A stretch of DNA of 63,173 nt, filler included, from Octopus bimaculoides (GCF_001194135.2; 4 parts of 4 records of this genome joined end to end with filler, not necessarily neighbours in it); one strand, 5' to 3'; numbered from the whole stretch's first letter, positions 24,428 to 39,002 are shown. Notes: generated by a model from the sequence alone, not told the origin. Made by a program: numbers and translations.

Positions 24428-26595
24428 CTGCAATGACGGGAGAGAAAATGATTTCCCTCAGAATAGTGGAGACTTCAAAGAAAAATTTGATGGGAAATTG
24501 AAATAAATAGGAAGGATAAAGTTAATAAATTAGATTTTTAGATAAATATATGGATATACATACATATGTATGTATATATAGACATATGCAAGTATACATA
24601 TATGTATATATACATATATGTGAAACGTTCATAAAAAACAAGTCACAAAAGAAGAATTTATTTTATTTACTCATTTACAAGTTGCACCCTTTTAATTCAG
24701 TGTTAAATCTTGGGACAAAATGCTTTCCCCTTCGTAATTTTAGCTTTGCCCTGTTTATAAGTGACACCCCCAGTTTTCCTAGGTATTTTTTTTTTTTGCA
24801 ATTAAAATCAAGTGTAAAATAGTGCAACTTATAGACAAGTAAATACAGCACATAATTATAAAAAGATATTCAAAAACAGACATTTCCTGTCATACAAACA
24901 CAGATAGGTCATTCACACACACACACACACACACGTGCACTTACTTGCACCACATGCACACACATTTTTACAATGCTCAGAAAGGTTACACAACCTTCAT
25001 GACTTCTTAAACTGTGACATTCAGAATAGCAGCACATTCTCGAGATTACGTGCAAGTACATAAAATACATTTTAAAAGATGTGTGCATGTGTGTACAAGG
25101 ATATGCATATCAATAAAACATCTCTTTCAAACCATATATGGAAACTGGCTAAAATGACTTTTTTACAAGACATTCACTTCAGTTCCAACACATGGGTTCA
25201 GATAATGTCACTTACTAGACAAAAACAAATCTGAAAATGAAGTCTCTTTTAAAGTCATGTGTGTGTGTGTGCGTGTGCACATGTATATACATATATGCAT
25301 AATATATTTTATGTATTAAACTGTAGCTGCAAGCTCAAAGAAACAGAAAAAAATCAAAAGATGAACTTGTCCTTTACATTTGCAGTAACAATTTTAAATA
25401 AAATGTAGGCATAATTGTGTGGTCAAGACAAATGCAGACACAAACTGCTGTTTTTATATTTGAGAAATTGTATATTATGCATCAACCAACTGCTTAACAA
25501 AAAAAAAAAAAGCAACTATCATACTGCTGCCACCAAGAGAGCTCTCTGTTAGCTAATTTTAAATCATTATTTATTATAATTCCTTAAATTACTGAAACTA
25601 AATTTCACTGCAGTTTCTATTGAAATAAACAGAGACAACTATTTACTATGCCGGAGTAAGCTCCAACAGTCACCTACTAACTGTTGTAAAACCTAACAGT
25701 TTTTAAAGTACCCAAATTAGTCATATGAATGGTTTTTCACTTACCAATGCATGACAATCTTATCTAAAATCTGTAACCATCTCACCACTCAGTGTTAGAG
25801 TATTCTAATGATCAGATATGTTCTTCACATCTGTGTAACTTTTACTAATGCAAATAAACCCAAGTCAACCTATTAATCCACATAATTAACCCCCACAATA
25901 TGTGTGAGTGATGCGTGTTTGGATATGCAAATGAAAGTACTCAATAGATGAAATTGAATAAATTCATTTATTCCAAGGAGTTGATTGACACCAGCAAAAT
26001 TTGTTGCTGTGATTTTTGAGGCAACAAAAATTACCTATTTTTATGGCAATGCAATCGCCTACTTTTTATACTTTAAAAATCAGTAATATAGTTTATCCTC
26101 TTAGTTTATCGTTTAATGTCCATTTTCCATGCTGGCATGGGTTGGATGGTTTAACCGGGGACTAGCAAGCCAGGAGGCCACACCAGGCTCCAATCTGATC
26201 TGCCAATGTTTCTACAGCTGGATGCCCTTCCTAATGCCAACCACTCAGAGTGTAGTGGGTGCTTTTTATGTACTACTGGCACGGGAGCCAGTCAGGTGAC
26301 ACTGGCATCGACTACGTTCGGATGGTGCTTTTTACGTGCTACCGGCATGGGGGGAGCCAGTCAGGTGACACACAGGCAACGACCCATGCATGAATGGTGT
26401 TTATTGCATGCCACCAGTACAAGAGCCAGTCAGGCGGCCACAACTACAATTTCCATTTTTGATTGTGATTTTGATTTTACTTGACTCAATAGGTTNNNNN
26501 NNNNNNNNNNNNNNNNNNNNNNNNNNNNNNNNNNNNNNNTTAATTAATTAANNNNNNNNNNNNNNNNNNNNNNNNNNNNNNNNNNNNNNNNNNNN

Positions 26596-26902
26596 TCAAA
26601 ATACAAAGACCTGGAAATAGAGATAACTCGAATGTGGAATCTAAAAACAGAAACAATTCCTATCATAGTAGGTGCCTTAGGTATAATAAAAAAATATTCA
26701 GACAAATACATAACAAAAATAGCAGGACTTACAAATATATATAACATACAGAAAATTGCACTACTGGGTACTGCACACTTTCTACGCAAAACACTTTCAA
26801 TACAGTAAACATAAGAGCACCACAGCAAACCACAGCACATACCCAAGGCGCACAGAGCTGCGCTCGGTAGTGAAGTGAAAGCACGTTATAAAAATAAAAC
26901 TA

Positions 26903-26906
<4 letters not shown>
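26596..26906 (+). mobile_element. 3' end of an R4/Dong-like RLE non-LTR retrotransposon, followed by (TAA)n
   Basis: Uninterrupted frame SKYKDLEIEITRMWNLKTETIPIIVGALG...IQKIALLGTAHFLRKTLSIQ* (stop 26806-26808), then 3' UTR and TAA repeats. Confidence 0.8.
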
Positions 26907-26950
<44 letters not shown>

Positions 26951-27370
26951 CCTTTCTTATTTTGGCACAGGGCCAACAAATTTGAGGGGTGGAGAAGTTG
27001 ATTACACCGACTCCGATGTTCAAATAGTGCTTATTTTATCAACCCTGAAAGGATGAAAAGTAAAATCGACCTCGGCAACATTTGAACTCGGAAAGTTAAG
27101 GCGGATGAACTGCCGCTAAGCATTTTGTTGGCGTGTAGGCGGTTCAGCTAGGCCCCACCACCGTCTTCAATGTTTTCAAATTTTGGCCTAAGACCAACGC
27201 TTTTTAAGGAGAAGATTAAGTCAATTGCATTTACTTCAGTACTTATTTTATCGACCCCGAAAGGATGAAAAGCAAAGTTGACCTCGGCAGCATTTGACCT
27301 TAGAACACAGAGACAGAAGAAATGACGCAAAGCAGTTTGCCTAGTACGTTAATGATTGCGTCTGCTTAAC

Positions 27371-27423
<53 letters not shown>

Positions 27424-27499
27424 TGATGATGATGATGATGATGATAACAAGAATAAGAACAACAATCCTTATTACTATAGACATATAGACAGAAATTTG

Positions 27500-27700
27500 T
27501 AGGAAGGGGCTAGTCGAGGGGGCTGGCAGAAACGTTAGCGCACCGGGCGAAATGTTTAGCGGTACTACGTCTGTCTTTACGTTCTGTGTTCAAATTTCAC
27601 CGAGGTCGACTTTCCCTTTCAACCTTTCGGGGCCGATGAAATAAGTACTAGTTATTGTAAACGACCAGTTACTTTACCCTAAAATTTCAGGACTTGTGCC
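27500..27700 (+). mobile_element. tRNA-head SINE (family D); reverse copies at about 18550-18680, 18780-18960, 22170-22560, 26960-27350, 31040-31200, 35290-35420, 43520-43680
   Basis: gctggcagaa.cgttagc...gttcaaatt...gaggtcgacttt.cctttca.cctttcgggg.cgat.aaataagtac repeated. Confidence 0.75.
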
Positions 27701-27739
27701 TATAATAACATGGATTATTATTATTGTTGTTGCCTTTGC

Positions 27740-28112
27740 ACAGCTTCCTACGCTAGAGATGTACTACGGCATCAGCTGTTCACTACCAGTGAACTAAGGT
27801 ATCACCTCTGTTTTCTGCAAGTGCTCCACCCTTATTGCAGTCCCTATTCGTTCCATATACTTCTCGAGATTTTTACTCACTGTTCCCAGGGCTCCGACAA
27901 TTATTGGTACTACTGCTACCTCTTTCATCGACCATAACTTCTTAACTTCCCAAGCTAACCTGTCATAGCTCTCGACTTTTCTTTCTTCCTTATCGCACAC
28001 CTTGTTGTCGGCTGGGCATGCTATATCTATGATCAAGCATAGTTTGTTTTCTTTCTCAATTAAGATTATGTCCGGCTTCCTATTCTCTATCTCATGGTAG
28101 CACTGAATCATA
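27740..28112 (-). mobile_element. RLE-domain fragment of a second R4/Dong-like LINE family
   Basis: RKPDIILIEKENKLCLIIDIACP...K...YDRL...VVPIIVGALG (PD-D/ExK restriction-like endonuclease); preceded by (TAA)n on its own strand. Confidence 0.75.
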
Positions 28113-28117
28113 ACTTA

Positions 28118-28153
<36 letters not shown>

Positions 28154-28359
28154 CATTATTATTATTATTATTATTAGGTATTAATAGTTTGACTCAGGGA
28201 GGCTATCTGAACCAATCAGTGAATAAAAATATTTCAACTATGCAACACATGCTGAAAGCTCTTTCCTTTCGTTTTGTACGCAATCTTTACGCGTGCACAC
28301 ATATACGCACATACGTGCATGCATGCATACATACACGCATACATGCATATATACATACA

Positions 28360-28391
<32 letters not shown>

Positions 28392-28734
28392 CACAAACAC
28401 AGATATATGCATCGATTGTAAATATATTTATATAGATATTGTGTTGATATATGTGTGGCTAAATTTCAGGGTTTATTATACAACGAGACCAAAAGTATGC
28501 ATATTAAATATTAGAATATAAATTTAGCTACAGTTTACACACACACGCACACATACGCACACACATATGCACGTGCGCGCACACAGACAAATACACATAA
28601 ACGTACCACTCACACACACACGCACACACACGCACGCACACATATACATGCTTTTTCTGCACTTTATCTTCTGTCCTACCTCCTTACCTACCTACCTACC
28701 TATCTGTCTATCTCTCTCTGTTTCTCTCTCCCAG

Positions 28735-28773
<39 letters not shown>

Positions 28774-28795
28774 NNNNNNNNNNTCTCTCTCCCAG

Positions 28796-28842
<47 letters not shown>

Positions 28843-28843
28843 G

Positions 28844-28895
<52 letters not shown>

Positions 28896-31800
28896 CTCAT
28901 CTATCAGTTTGCTTGCCTATTGATCTATGTTGTCCCACACATACACATACACACACATAAATATATACACACACATGCACACACACATATGCATATATAC
29001 AAATATAATATGCAAGTATGAATATTTGTGCATATGTATGTATATATTTATGGCAATTACAGCTTAGTGGATAGTTTATCGTATAGCATATATTTACTAT
29101 GAGATGCATTTTACGTCCGTATAATACCTATTTATAAAGAAGTTGTCTGCACTTCCCCTGGCTGTTACTACTTTAAAGTACTAGATTAACTGCTAATTGA
29201 TAAGACTTCTCCACAGTATCTATTTACAATCATACAGACTTTGCATACCCATCTCAACTCAATAGTCTTTATGTAGGGCTTGAATAGACCAGCAAGGGAG
29301 AATAAATTTAGGCCTCATTCGCCCTTAAACAGAGCGGTAAAGGGAGTTGGCTGTGCTGATGAGAAAACTCGAACTAACAATCCCCGAGCCTGCACTGTAG
29401 TGAATAGTTCGATACCGCCTCAACATACCGGTCAACTTTGGTCTCTCATAATTCAATCTTATTAATGCAGAACAAAAACAGAGACCATCGATCGATCTAA
29501 ACAGCAGAATGGTGACGCAACTATTCGGCGAGTAGTTTTTAGTCGCAATGCAGTGAGTTGTTTAACTTAGTGAGTGTGCAAGTAAAACGAGTAGATCTAC
29601 TTCAGTGAAAATAATTGTGGTTCAATCGACCTCTGGGTGGTTAGTCACGTGAGACATTGTACATTAACATGTTAAAGAGAAACTGAGAAAATAAAACATA
29701 ATAACAAACAAGTAAATAAACAATTCACGATATAAAGTGAAAATTAGACGAAACGAAATATCTCAGATCACACACACGCATTCACGGTTGCACATATACA
29801 TACTTATATGCATATACAAATATGTGTGTGTGCGCGCGTGTGCGTACGTGCTTGAGTACACACACACACACACATATGTCATCATAACCATCATCAGACG
29901 TAATATTACCTGAATTACACACACACATACACACGCACACACACACACACAGCGGTTCAGTGTGAAATACCTTCGATAGCAACAATTAAGTAAATAACTT
30001 AGGTATGAGAAGTACATCAAAAATTTTCTTTCTTATAAGAATTAGGTAAATATTGAAAAACAATAGTGACTAAAGTTTTATTTTAATCACGTGAAAGAGT
30101 ATGAGCTTGGGAACAAGAAACAGGCGACGGTCTGTCAGTAGAAACCAACAAGGCGATGTAAGACGTTAGCCACTTCCGACGACTGGCACTCCTGTGTCAG
30201 AGTAGCCAGTCTCACACTCAGAAATGGATTGTGAAAAGAGCGTATGTCCTCTCGGTTGTTGCTGGTAGGGCAGGTTCCCGTCGTCAGATTGTCAATCTCT
30301 TGCCAACGTGTAGCCGAGTCACCTGATGAGAGCATTTCAAGATTCTTTTCGAGAAATTCCATGGTTAATTATGCACAAGCATGTGCTGTGACTGATACAT
30401 GTGTAGGCTACTCTGGATGATGACAGCGGCGGACAGAGGTGGTCAACGTTCGTGCGACCACGCCTGTCTTCCTGAAAATCGGCTGGCAATGTGTTAGGTG
30501 TGCTGAAATCCCATCACAGTCGACTTTGCTTTAAATCCTTCTATGTTTGACGACATAAGTACGAATCCAACAAAGAACTGTGGTTGATTTATTCAACAAT
30601 ACCTGTTTCTCAAACTTCTAGGCCTTACTCAGTGTTAGAAATCATCATTATTATGAACCCCAGCACCACCATTATCATCATAATACTTCACTGGGTGTTT
30701 GGTGTATTGTATCCTGAATCGATCCCAGTATGTGACTGAATTATATTTTGTCAAACACCTGACTTCCTTACGTGATAAAATATAAAAAGGCCCAGGCACG
30801 ATTTAAACTCAATGCGTAGAAGGATGACACGAAGCACTGAAATGAATTTAGTTCAGCAGGAAACCCATTCTGGCAGTACTTTACCATCACCGTCGTTACA
30901 AAGAAGTTGAGGAAAGTTTGGCTAGTATTTCTAGCAAGTTTAGGGACTGTGTATTGGCTCCCAGTCGAACGATGACGGTTTGCTGTTAAAATTTTTTTAA
31001 ATGATAATGATTTCAGATATAGACACAAGACCATACAATGTTTTGAGGGATGAGAAGTCAGTTCGACCGAACAGTGCCTAACTTGTACTTTATTTTATCG
31101 ATCCCAGAAAGCTAAAATGCAACGTAGACTTCATCAAGATTTGAACTCAGAACTTAAAGGTCCATGACTACATATGTCTTTTAAGCCTGGCATTCTTCCG
31201 AATCTGCATTCGATTTTCCTGCATAGAAACACTAAGAATAAGCACGAATTCTGTGACCTACCCGAGGATAAAAACGATGCATTATGTATAGTTTGATGTC
31301 GCTTCCGATCCAGACATAGGTTTAAGTATTTTATTGTTTCTAATGAATTTTATCACCGCGGTTTATTTATTACGCAGTATTTACCGAGTAATAAATATGG
31401 AATGAGTTAGTAACACAGATAACCTTATACACAGTGAAGTAGTTACACACAAACATAGACATGCATAAACGCAGACACTCATGCGCATACACAGTCACAG
31501 GAACATAGACACACATAAAAGCAGACACTCATGCGCATACACAGTCACAGGCACATAGACATATAATAAACAATTTCAATTACATACACACATATATATA
31601 TATATATAGACACACGCCCAAAGACACACGTACACATACAAACGTACGTGCACATAGAATGTCTTGGAAAAATATCCAAGGATACCTGCAGCATGAAAAT
31701 TTAATAATCAAATTGGTCCGAACACATTTGATATAGTAAGGCAAAAAATTCCAATTAATAAAATTACCACCAGTAGTGAACAATACTTTTCTAAATGATA

Positions 31801-32339
31801 TATTCTGATCAAAAATAACAGGGGAGATAACTAAATTTTAATGAAAATGCTAAATATAGAAGCGTATTTAACAGTTCTTGAGATAGTGAAATCCATCCAT
31901 CCATTGACAATCAAGTGTCGGTGCTTAGCGTTGGTTTCAAGGTGTTAAGCTGATGAAAGATTAATATTCTCTTGTATTGGTCTAGTCTGTCACGAGCATT
32001 ATAAACATCTGCAGATGACCCGTTACTGAGATTACTTAGATTATTTTCAAACAACTTGCAGATACAAGCGCTACTAATTGAAAGTTCTTCATGCCGGACA
32101 TTAGCAAGCTTATGGAGTCATCAAGAGAGAATGCGCGCTGTTTCGGGGCGATCCCCTCGCTTCACTGAGATGAGGCCCTACTTGCTAGATCATCTGGTTA
32201 CTAGGCTTCACTCAATATTCTTTGAGCTATTACTCACAGTTTCTTTTTAACCAAATTCAGTGGTTTGCCTTCTCCACTGAAGCGTGCCTATTGCTCAAGA
32301 CCGAATTTAGTTTACGTTTAGTTAGGCTTATCAACAGCA

Positions 32340-32470
32340 ACCTTCACCTTCGCCTCATACTGTTTCTAATAAAACCTCTACATCCAGTTTCGATTGGATA
32401 ATGTTCGGCGTTCCAGCCTGTCTTCACAAACCTCGAGGAGATGTTCATAATGGTCGATTTTTCGAGTAAT
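32340..32470 (-). mobile_element. RLE non-LTR retrotransposon 3' fragment (Hero/NeSL-like)
   Basis: YPIETGCRGFI resembles the PIEVGCRGF motif. Confidence 0.45.
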
Positions 32471-32502
32471 ATATATATATATATATATATATACGCACAT
32501 AC

Positions 32503-32560
<58 letters not shown>

Positions 32561-32939
32561 TATTATACACACACATGTTCACATATCCTGTCTTGAGAAT
32601 ACATATGACTCAACACATTATATTGATGACTGAACCTTCTAGTAAATATACATATAGACCAACTTAGGATACTCTCATGCATATATACACACATATATAA
32701 ACATATACATGCATAGTGCAAAGATACATACACCCAAAGAAACACATGCGCGCACACATTCACACATTATATATCAGACAAAACGTGTGAGCACATGCCT
32801 AGAAGACCACCAATCTCCAACAAGATTGTTGGTGATCTAGGCGTGTGCTCTCACATTGTTTCCCGTTGTATATCATTTGCTGGCAGTTACTGTAATACAG
32901 AGGATATAAAATTTTCCTGTCGCTACATCTTTCCTGCAA

Positions 32940-35250
32940 TTGACCGATTTTACTTTAATTTTCTCTTTTACTGAGACTTACCACTTGTTATCAATAAATG
33001 CACCCATCAATTCTTTTTTTATTAATTCTTTAATTCTATCCCTGAAATCTATGCCGGGAATGCTACATTCAGACTCCAGGATTCAGGATTCATTTTTCCT
33101 GGTTCTTTCTAAAGCCTTATCTAAGTTGACTGCACACATCACAAATGTTTAGTCTATGCAGCGAACTATCTGGAAATATGGACGAGTTACATAGTTACAT
33201 TATCTTTATCCAGTGACTTAATGAAAACTCGGTCTACGTATGATATGGATGATTCACTGCTGGTTGTCTTGAAGTCGAAATTAGTGCTTTCTGAAAGTCC
33301 AGGAAATACTTATCAGGTAGTTGAAAATACCTGTACAAGTTGCGAGATGTTTATTCTCCACATACCTATCGACTACTTCCACACAAATCTTGCATACATC
33401 TAAAAAACTCATTCCAATCGTCTACAACTACCAACGCGTGTGAGGCTCCAACAAGATACTCGAGACATCTGAAAAAATTCGGCCATCAGTCTGAAAGTAC
33501 TACCGCCTCCATTTCTCCTCAGCTCTATGGCCACAGACCTAACCTCTGGGTTTATGAAACTGTATTTATATCTAGGTTCATGCATTTCCGAAACGCTTCT
33601 GTCACTCTATCCGTTCCGAAAGAGGCGTTGACCTCGTAGTCATCGAGAAGTAGAGCGAACGAGCTCGTCTCAGAAACTTTGGTTTTTGTTTGTCACTTTA
33701 GTCTTGCAAGTTTTCCTTAAATTCCGGGAAATTCCTCAGGAATTTTTGAGAATACACCTGGTGCCATCTGCATCAACAACTTGTTTTTGTCTTTGATAGG
33801 AATTTCCGCCCTGTCTGTTGTTGTCATTATATTTCTGTACAAACTTTATTAAATCTCTGATGTCCTTTCCAACAGCGGATTTATGGAGAGTTAAGTCTTG
33901 TTTTGTTTCGTCTTTAATTTTCGCTGCAACTGAGTCGTTTGTTTTTGTATCTTATGCTGCTGTGATAGTTGTAATTATTGTTGTTTTGTTATTGCCTCTT
34001 TTGATACTGCTGCCGATATTGTTGTTATTCGTGGCTAGTCGGCTGATTCGTTTCTTTCGCTTTATTATTTTGTTTAATTTTTGGTGAGATTGCCAGCTTC
34101 TATACATGAAGTCTAGAAGTCATGATTGTGTTTCTTCTTCCGCCCCCTCTTCAGTTATGATGATCTCTCTTTAGTTTCTACTTTTCTTCTAACTCTGAGC
34201 TTCTGAAGAATCGGAAGGTATTAAGGTAATATTTGTGTATGACTGCGCTTGTTCGTTTGTGTTTAAGGTTTTATGTATGTTGTTTTGTTTTGGGCTTCAT
34301 GAAGCCCAACTTCATGAACGGTTGTTCTTGTAATTTCTAACTTTCTCAAAACGATGTTACCAATGTTCTCGCTGCTGTGGATATTGGGTGGATGTGATCG
34401 AGAATACAGATGCAGCGGGAAGCGTCTTTTAAGTTACTATTCTTCATTGTGAGATAGAGGACTGTAAGCTCTATTCTCATGGTGCATTTGGACTTCCCAA
34501 ACTCGACTAGCTCCGCATTCGCTCCTACTCATAAAAGCAGAGTCATTCGTGAAAGTTGAGACAGCTCCAATTGTCTCGACACAAAACATTGTTTATTAAG
34601 TGTCATCCAGTCAATGGACACGATTCTATCATGTGATGTTTTTCACCCCCACATCGTTTATTATTTAAGCTTACGTCGATTCGTCCGAAGGGACACTTTG
34701 GATTCAACCAGGTGACGATAGATATACATCGACTCATTGTTGTGGAATTACTCTTTTCGCCTTAGCACACTTACTGTGGTTCCTTTTCATCGTAGACAAT
34801 TCAAAGAGTTCGCCATTTTGCACTTCGGTTTGGAATTGTTACAATATTTTCTTCGTTCGTTTATAAAGTTCTTACTTGAGCACAATATCATTATTCGCTT
34901 TACTTTATAACAAAAGTCGCCAACATCCTCAGATACAACTAACACCTGGAACTCCAAAGACACCTCCTCCCATCCGATTTTACAGTGTAATGGATTTTGG
35001 TCCTGTGACCTACCCGTTTTCTTCGACCATTGTTAACGCTCACGTTTTGTTCAAAGTTCAAAGGTATTCTTAACATAAAGTGGAGATATCGCTGTATTGA
35101 GATGCGTAGATTCTCCACTCTGGAAACTGTGGAGACGATGAAGACTCAGCGTGTCTCCTTTTCACAGTGGTAAATTGTCACCACTGCTCCGTACTTTGTC
35201 CCTCTTGTTCCACATACAGCAAAGGCCCTATTTCTAATATAGGTCCGTGA
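32940..35250 (-). mobile_element. Decayed 5' half of a Tx1/L1-like LINE (ORF1 remnant plus APE endonuclease)
   Basis: NFFRCLEYLVGASHALVVVDDWN and SYVDRVFIKSLDKD parallel the copy at 4298-4577; ORF1 assignment above about 33900 is weak. Confidence 0.55.
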
Positions 35251-36950
35251 CCGGAAGTATTAGTCATGTATTAATATCGAATAAATCGATTTAAGTAATT
35301 AACTGGTACTTTATTTTATCGATCCTGAAAGGCATAAATCGACTTCAGTGGAATCATAACATTAACAACTGTAACCGAATACCACAAGGTATTTTATCCG
35401 ATGATCTACTGATTCTGCTATTTTGATTGATGATGATATTGCTTGTAGTGGAGATGGTCCATACAATCGACAATTCTTATTCCAGAAAATAAATTGGGTT
35501 CATGTTTAAGTCAGAAAATAACATTAAAAAGTGAACAACCATGCGACCATCCATGATTCGGTTTGGGCGAGTTTAACATAAAATATTTATCCAACAACGT
35601 CTGTTATTTAGAGGACATTATTTTCGAAGATAACATCTGAAGTCCTTCAATTTCAAATATCGGACGTCTGCACGCTTTAATGAATCTAGTAATAAATGTT
35701 CTGGCATTATTAATGTTTTAGATAGAACAACTGATAACAACAATATTTTCTTGATTTACTAACAGTAACGTGTTTTCTAATCATAAAAATAATGTCTCAT
35801 ATAATCGTATAAAAATTATTCTAAAGCTAAAGCGAACTGCGCGGAGTTTTGGATGATTATGAACGCCTAAACATCTTATCTTTCTATAATACAACTAAAC
35901 CATATGTCACTCTATTTTACTGAAAACATGTAGTTGTTTAAAAGCGTGATAAATTGCAGTTGGCAGTCTCTTATATAATTTATGAAATATAATAATACCC
36001 CCAAAATAGTCAGTATACCGTACGATTAAACATTGTCATTAATGTGGTTAAATGACAGAGTCATGAGAGCGTGAGATGAAATGTTTTGTGATATTCTTCT
36101 TCCGGCCTTCTCGATAAACTGAGATCCTGCGAGATCAAATTTACAATTCATTATTTCTGGGTTTCTAAGTAAAGGGTGATGATTTAGCGAAACTGTTAAA
36201 ACATCGAACGGGATGTATGGTAATATCTGTTCCAGCTCTTTGCGTTCATGACAGCAATGTCTATGACAAAACTGGTGTGAATTTATATTAGCCCCGCTCT
36301 TTTCTTTGACCAACATTATTGGTGTGAAGATAAGAGACTTCTATGCATGGATTACTGCTGCTCTTTCATAAAAAGAAAGCCTTTTCAGGCCTACACCTAT
36401 GAGACAAATTTTCATTGTGCAGATCAATGGTCTCTCAAGACACAGCTTGACCTCACTGGCTATATTATTATCCGTCTGCTGTGTTTTATTCAAATAGTTT
36501 CGATGTCTCAAAATTTAAAAACAAAATATGAAATATGATGACTAATTGGTTTTCTTTGTTTTACTTTTTCTTATGGTATTCTTCTAAACCTCCCACTTTT
36601 ATTTTTAGCATACGTTTAAAAACAGGGACGGATTACGGGAAACTAAATTGATCACAGAACAGAACTTGCCCTATTTCAACCAATACACACTCCTGGAGCA
36701 ATGAAAACAACAGAACTAAATTGACTCCAGCTGAAGTTCAACTCAAGAAATTCATTTGAATATATCGTGGTATTCTCATTCGGATTTCTACTATATCTAC
36801 AATTCCTCTCCCCTATTAAGTACTATTTTAATAGAATTTCTAACATAATCATCAGATCAAGACATCAGGAGATAAGTTACATTCAATCAGAAGGTCCCAT
36901 ACTTGACAGTCGATTATGCAAGTATTTGAAGTCAGAATGTGAAATACAAG

Positions 36951-36981
<31 letters not shown>

Positions 36982-37106
36982 TTATCTATCTATCTATCTG
37001 TCTGTATGTCTGTCTGCCTGTTCGTCTGTCTGTCTGCCTGTTCGTCTGTCTGTCTGTCTGTCTAACAATTTATTTCTCTCTCTATCTCTCTCTCNNNNNN
37101 NNNNCT

Positions 37107-37144
<38 letters not shown>

Positions 37145-39002
37145 GGGGGGGCTAATATCGAATAGTAAGAGTAAGTGCTCAACACTGCATTGGTGGGTAA
37201 ATATTCTTTTTTCATCGGTTTCATGCTGAGACAAATTTCTCGACAATTATCAAGCCTGTCACATGAAACGTTAATACTCGTTTCCCTCTTGGATGAGAAT
37301 ACACGAAACCTCACGAGACTGTACGGGATTTGAGAATAAATAAATAAAAGCACATATCTTGAGAGGTAATTTATAAGAAAATCCTAATTGTTGTTTTCCT
37401 TGCATTAACTCTGGGGGTCTTTATAAGAATTTGCGTTCACCATGAATTGCTTTATCCCTTAATCATTTCATATAAAAACATTGGTGTGAGTTCAAATTTA
37501 TAAATATAAATATAAGTACATACGTACGTGTGCAATCACATCCACATAAAATATGTGCACATACACACACATACAAACATATACGTATATACATAAATGC
37601 ACACATATGCATATGTATATATGTATATGTGTGTATTGTAGGTAAATGTATATATGCAACGAGACGTTTCTTTCATGCTAAAAATATGCCCGTTTAGAAT
37701 CATGTCATGAACTTTTCTGATTGAGATTTAGTTGACATTGCTACATGTGTTTCCTTTGCAATAATACACAATTTTATCGTAGGTGGCTTTCACCCTAATC
37801 TTTTAAAGTCCAAATGTATACAGAAATGTAAGTTGCATTACATTTATTTCTGGACCTAAACGAATTGATTTGTTGTTTGTATCAAGCTTTAAATATATAT
37901 ACGGTGACGCCTATGTAGGCCTTATTTTGTGGTCTACTGATTGTACAACTACTCTGTACACTATTTCTTTCGACATGCATAGATTTTATTTACAGGACTT
38001 CTAGTCATGGAGTTGTATTCGGGAACGTTTCTTTGGTTAACGATTTTTAAAGATGTAATCAATGATTCCTTATTCTGTGCTAACCATACAACTACTGCTA
38101 ATCTGAAAAGAATTTCTATTGAAAATTTTTGATATCCGTATGAAGCAGAGAAGTGCATACTAAACAGTATAAGGAAATACTTAGTAACATAATTCAAACT
38201 ATTGGAAAAGTTTATAACATATTATTTCAATTTGTGCCTATGATATTATTTAACTTGGATGACTCTGTGTATTTCTGCTTGACGTTAAAATCGCATGTAG
38301 CTGGACCTCTATTCTAGCATCAAGAAGCATAATTCAATTAATTGAAAATGCAAAATGCAAAATAAATATCAATGCACTTATACGCTTAAGATTAAATAAG
38401 CTCTGTGAATTACCAGAAATTAATTATTAAATTATTTAAAATCCAATGATGAAGATTTTATCAGTTACAACGTCATTCTCATGACCATTTGCTTCTAACT
38501 ACGAAACGCATTAGCAAGTCATCATTTCCTTCAGAATTTGAGGCAGAGAATGTATTTAAACATTAACAGACTTACGTACTATAGTGATCTAAACTAAACA
38601 TGATTGACTAATAATGAAATACTGAAAACCATTAATAAAAAATTTGAAGCTCAGACATAGTTGTTTATTCAATCTTTGAATAAAATGGTGTTCACTATGT
38701 ATGCACACTTACCAAGCATATATAAACTCTGGTAATAACGAATGAAAGAAAAAGATACTGTGAGTAGTAGTTGTAATTATTTATTGGGACCACAAGTCGT
38801 TACTAAATCTAAGTCGTAAACTTAGAGCCATTACTTTTAAGTGTCTGTCTGACACAAAAGTTTCGTTATATGCAATTGCGGTTGTTTTGTTGCACATTAG
38901 CTGCTGTCCGATAAAGCCTTTACACGTGGAAACTAAAGAGTAACAGCTTAAAGCTTCATTATAATATATTTATACACGTGCACACGCACGCACACACGCA
39001 CG

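Noticed and set aside
26540-26551. Island TTAATTAATTAA between N runs (also about 53377-53388 and 60316-60327)
   Set aside because: The identical 12-mer in three gaps indicates an assembly or scaffolding linker, not biology
29356-29376. CTGATGAG-AAAA-CTC-GAAC hammerhead-like motif
   Set aside because: GAAC instead of GAAA, and no stem III or cleavage triplet
36026-36316. 96-aa minus-strand ORF with Cys/His cluster
   Set aside because: No recognisable domain, no clear splice sites, length compatible with chance
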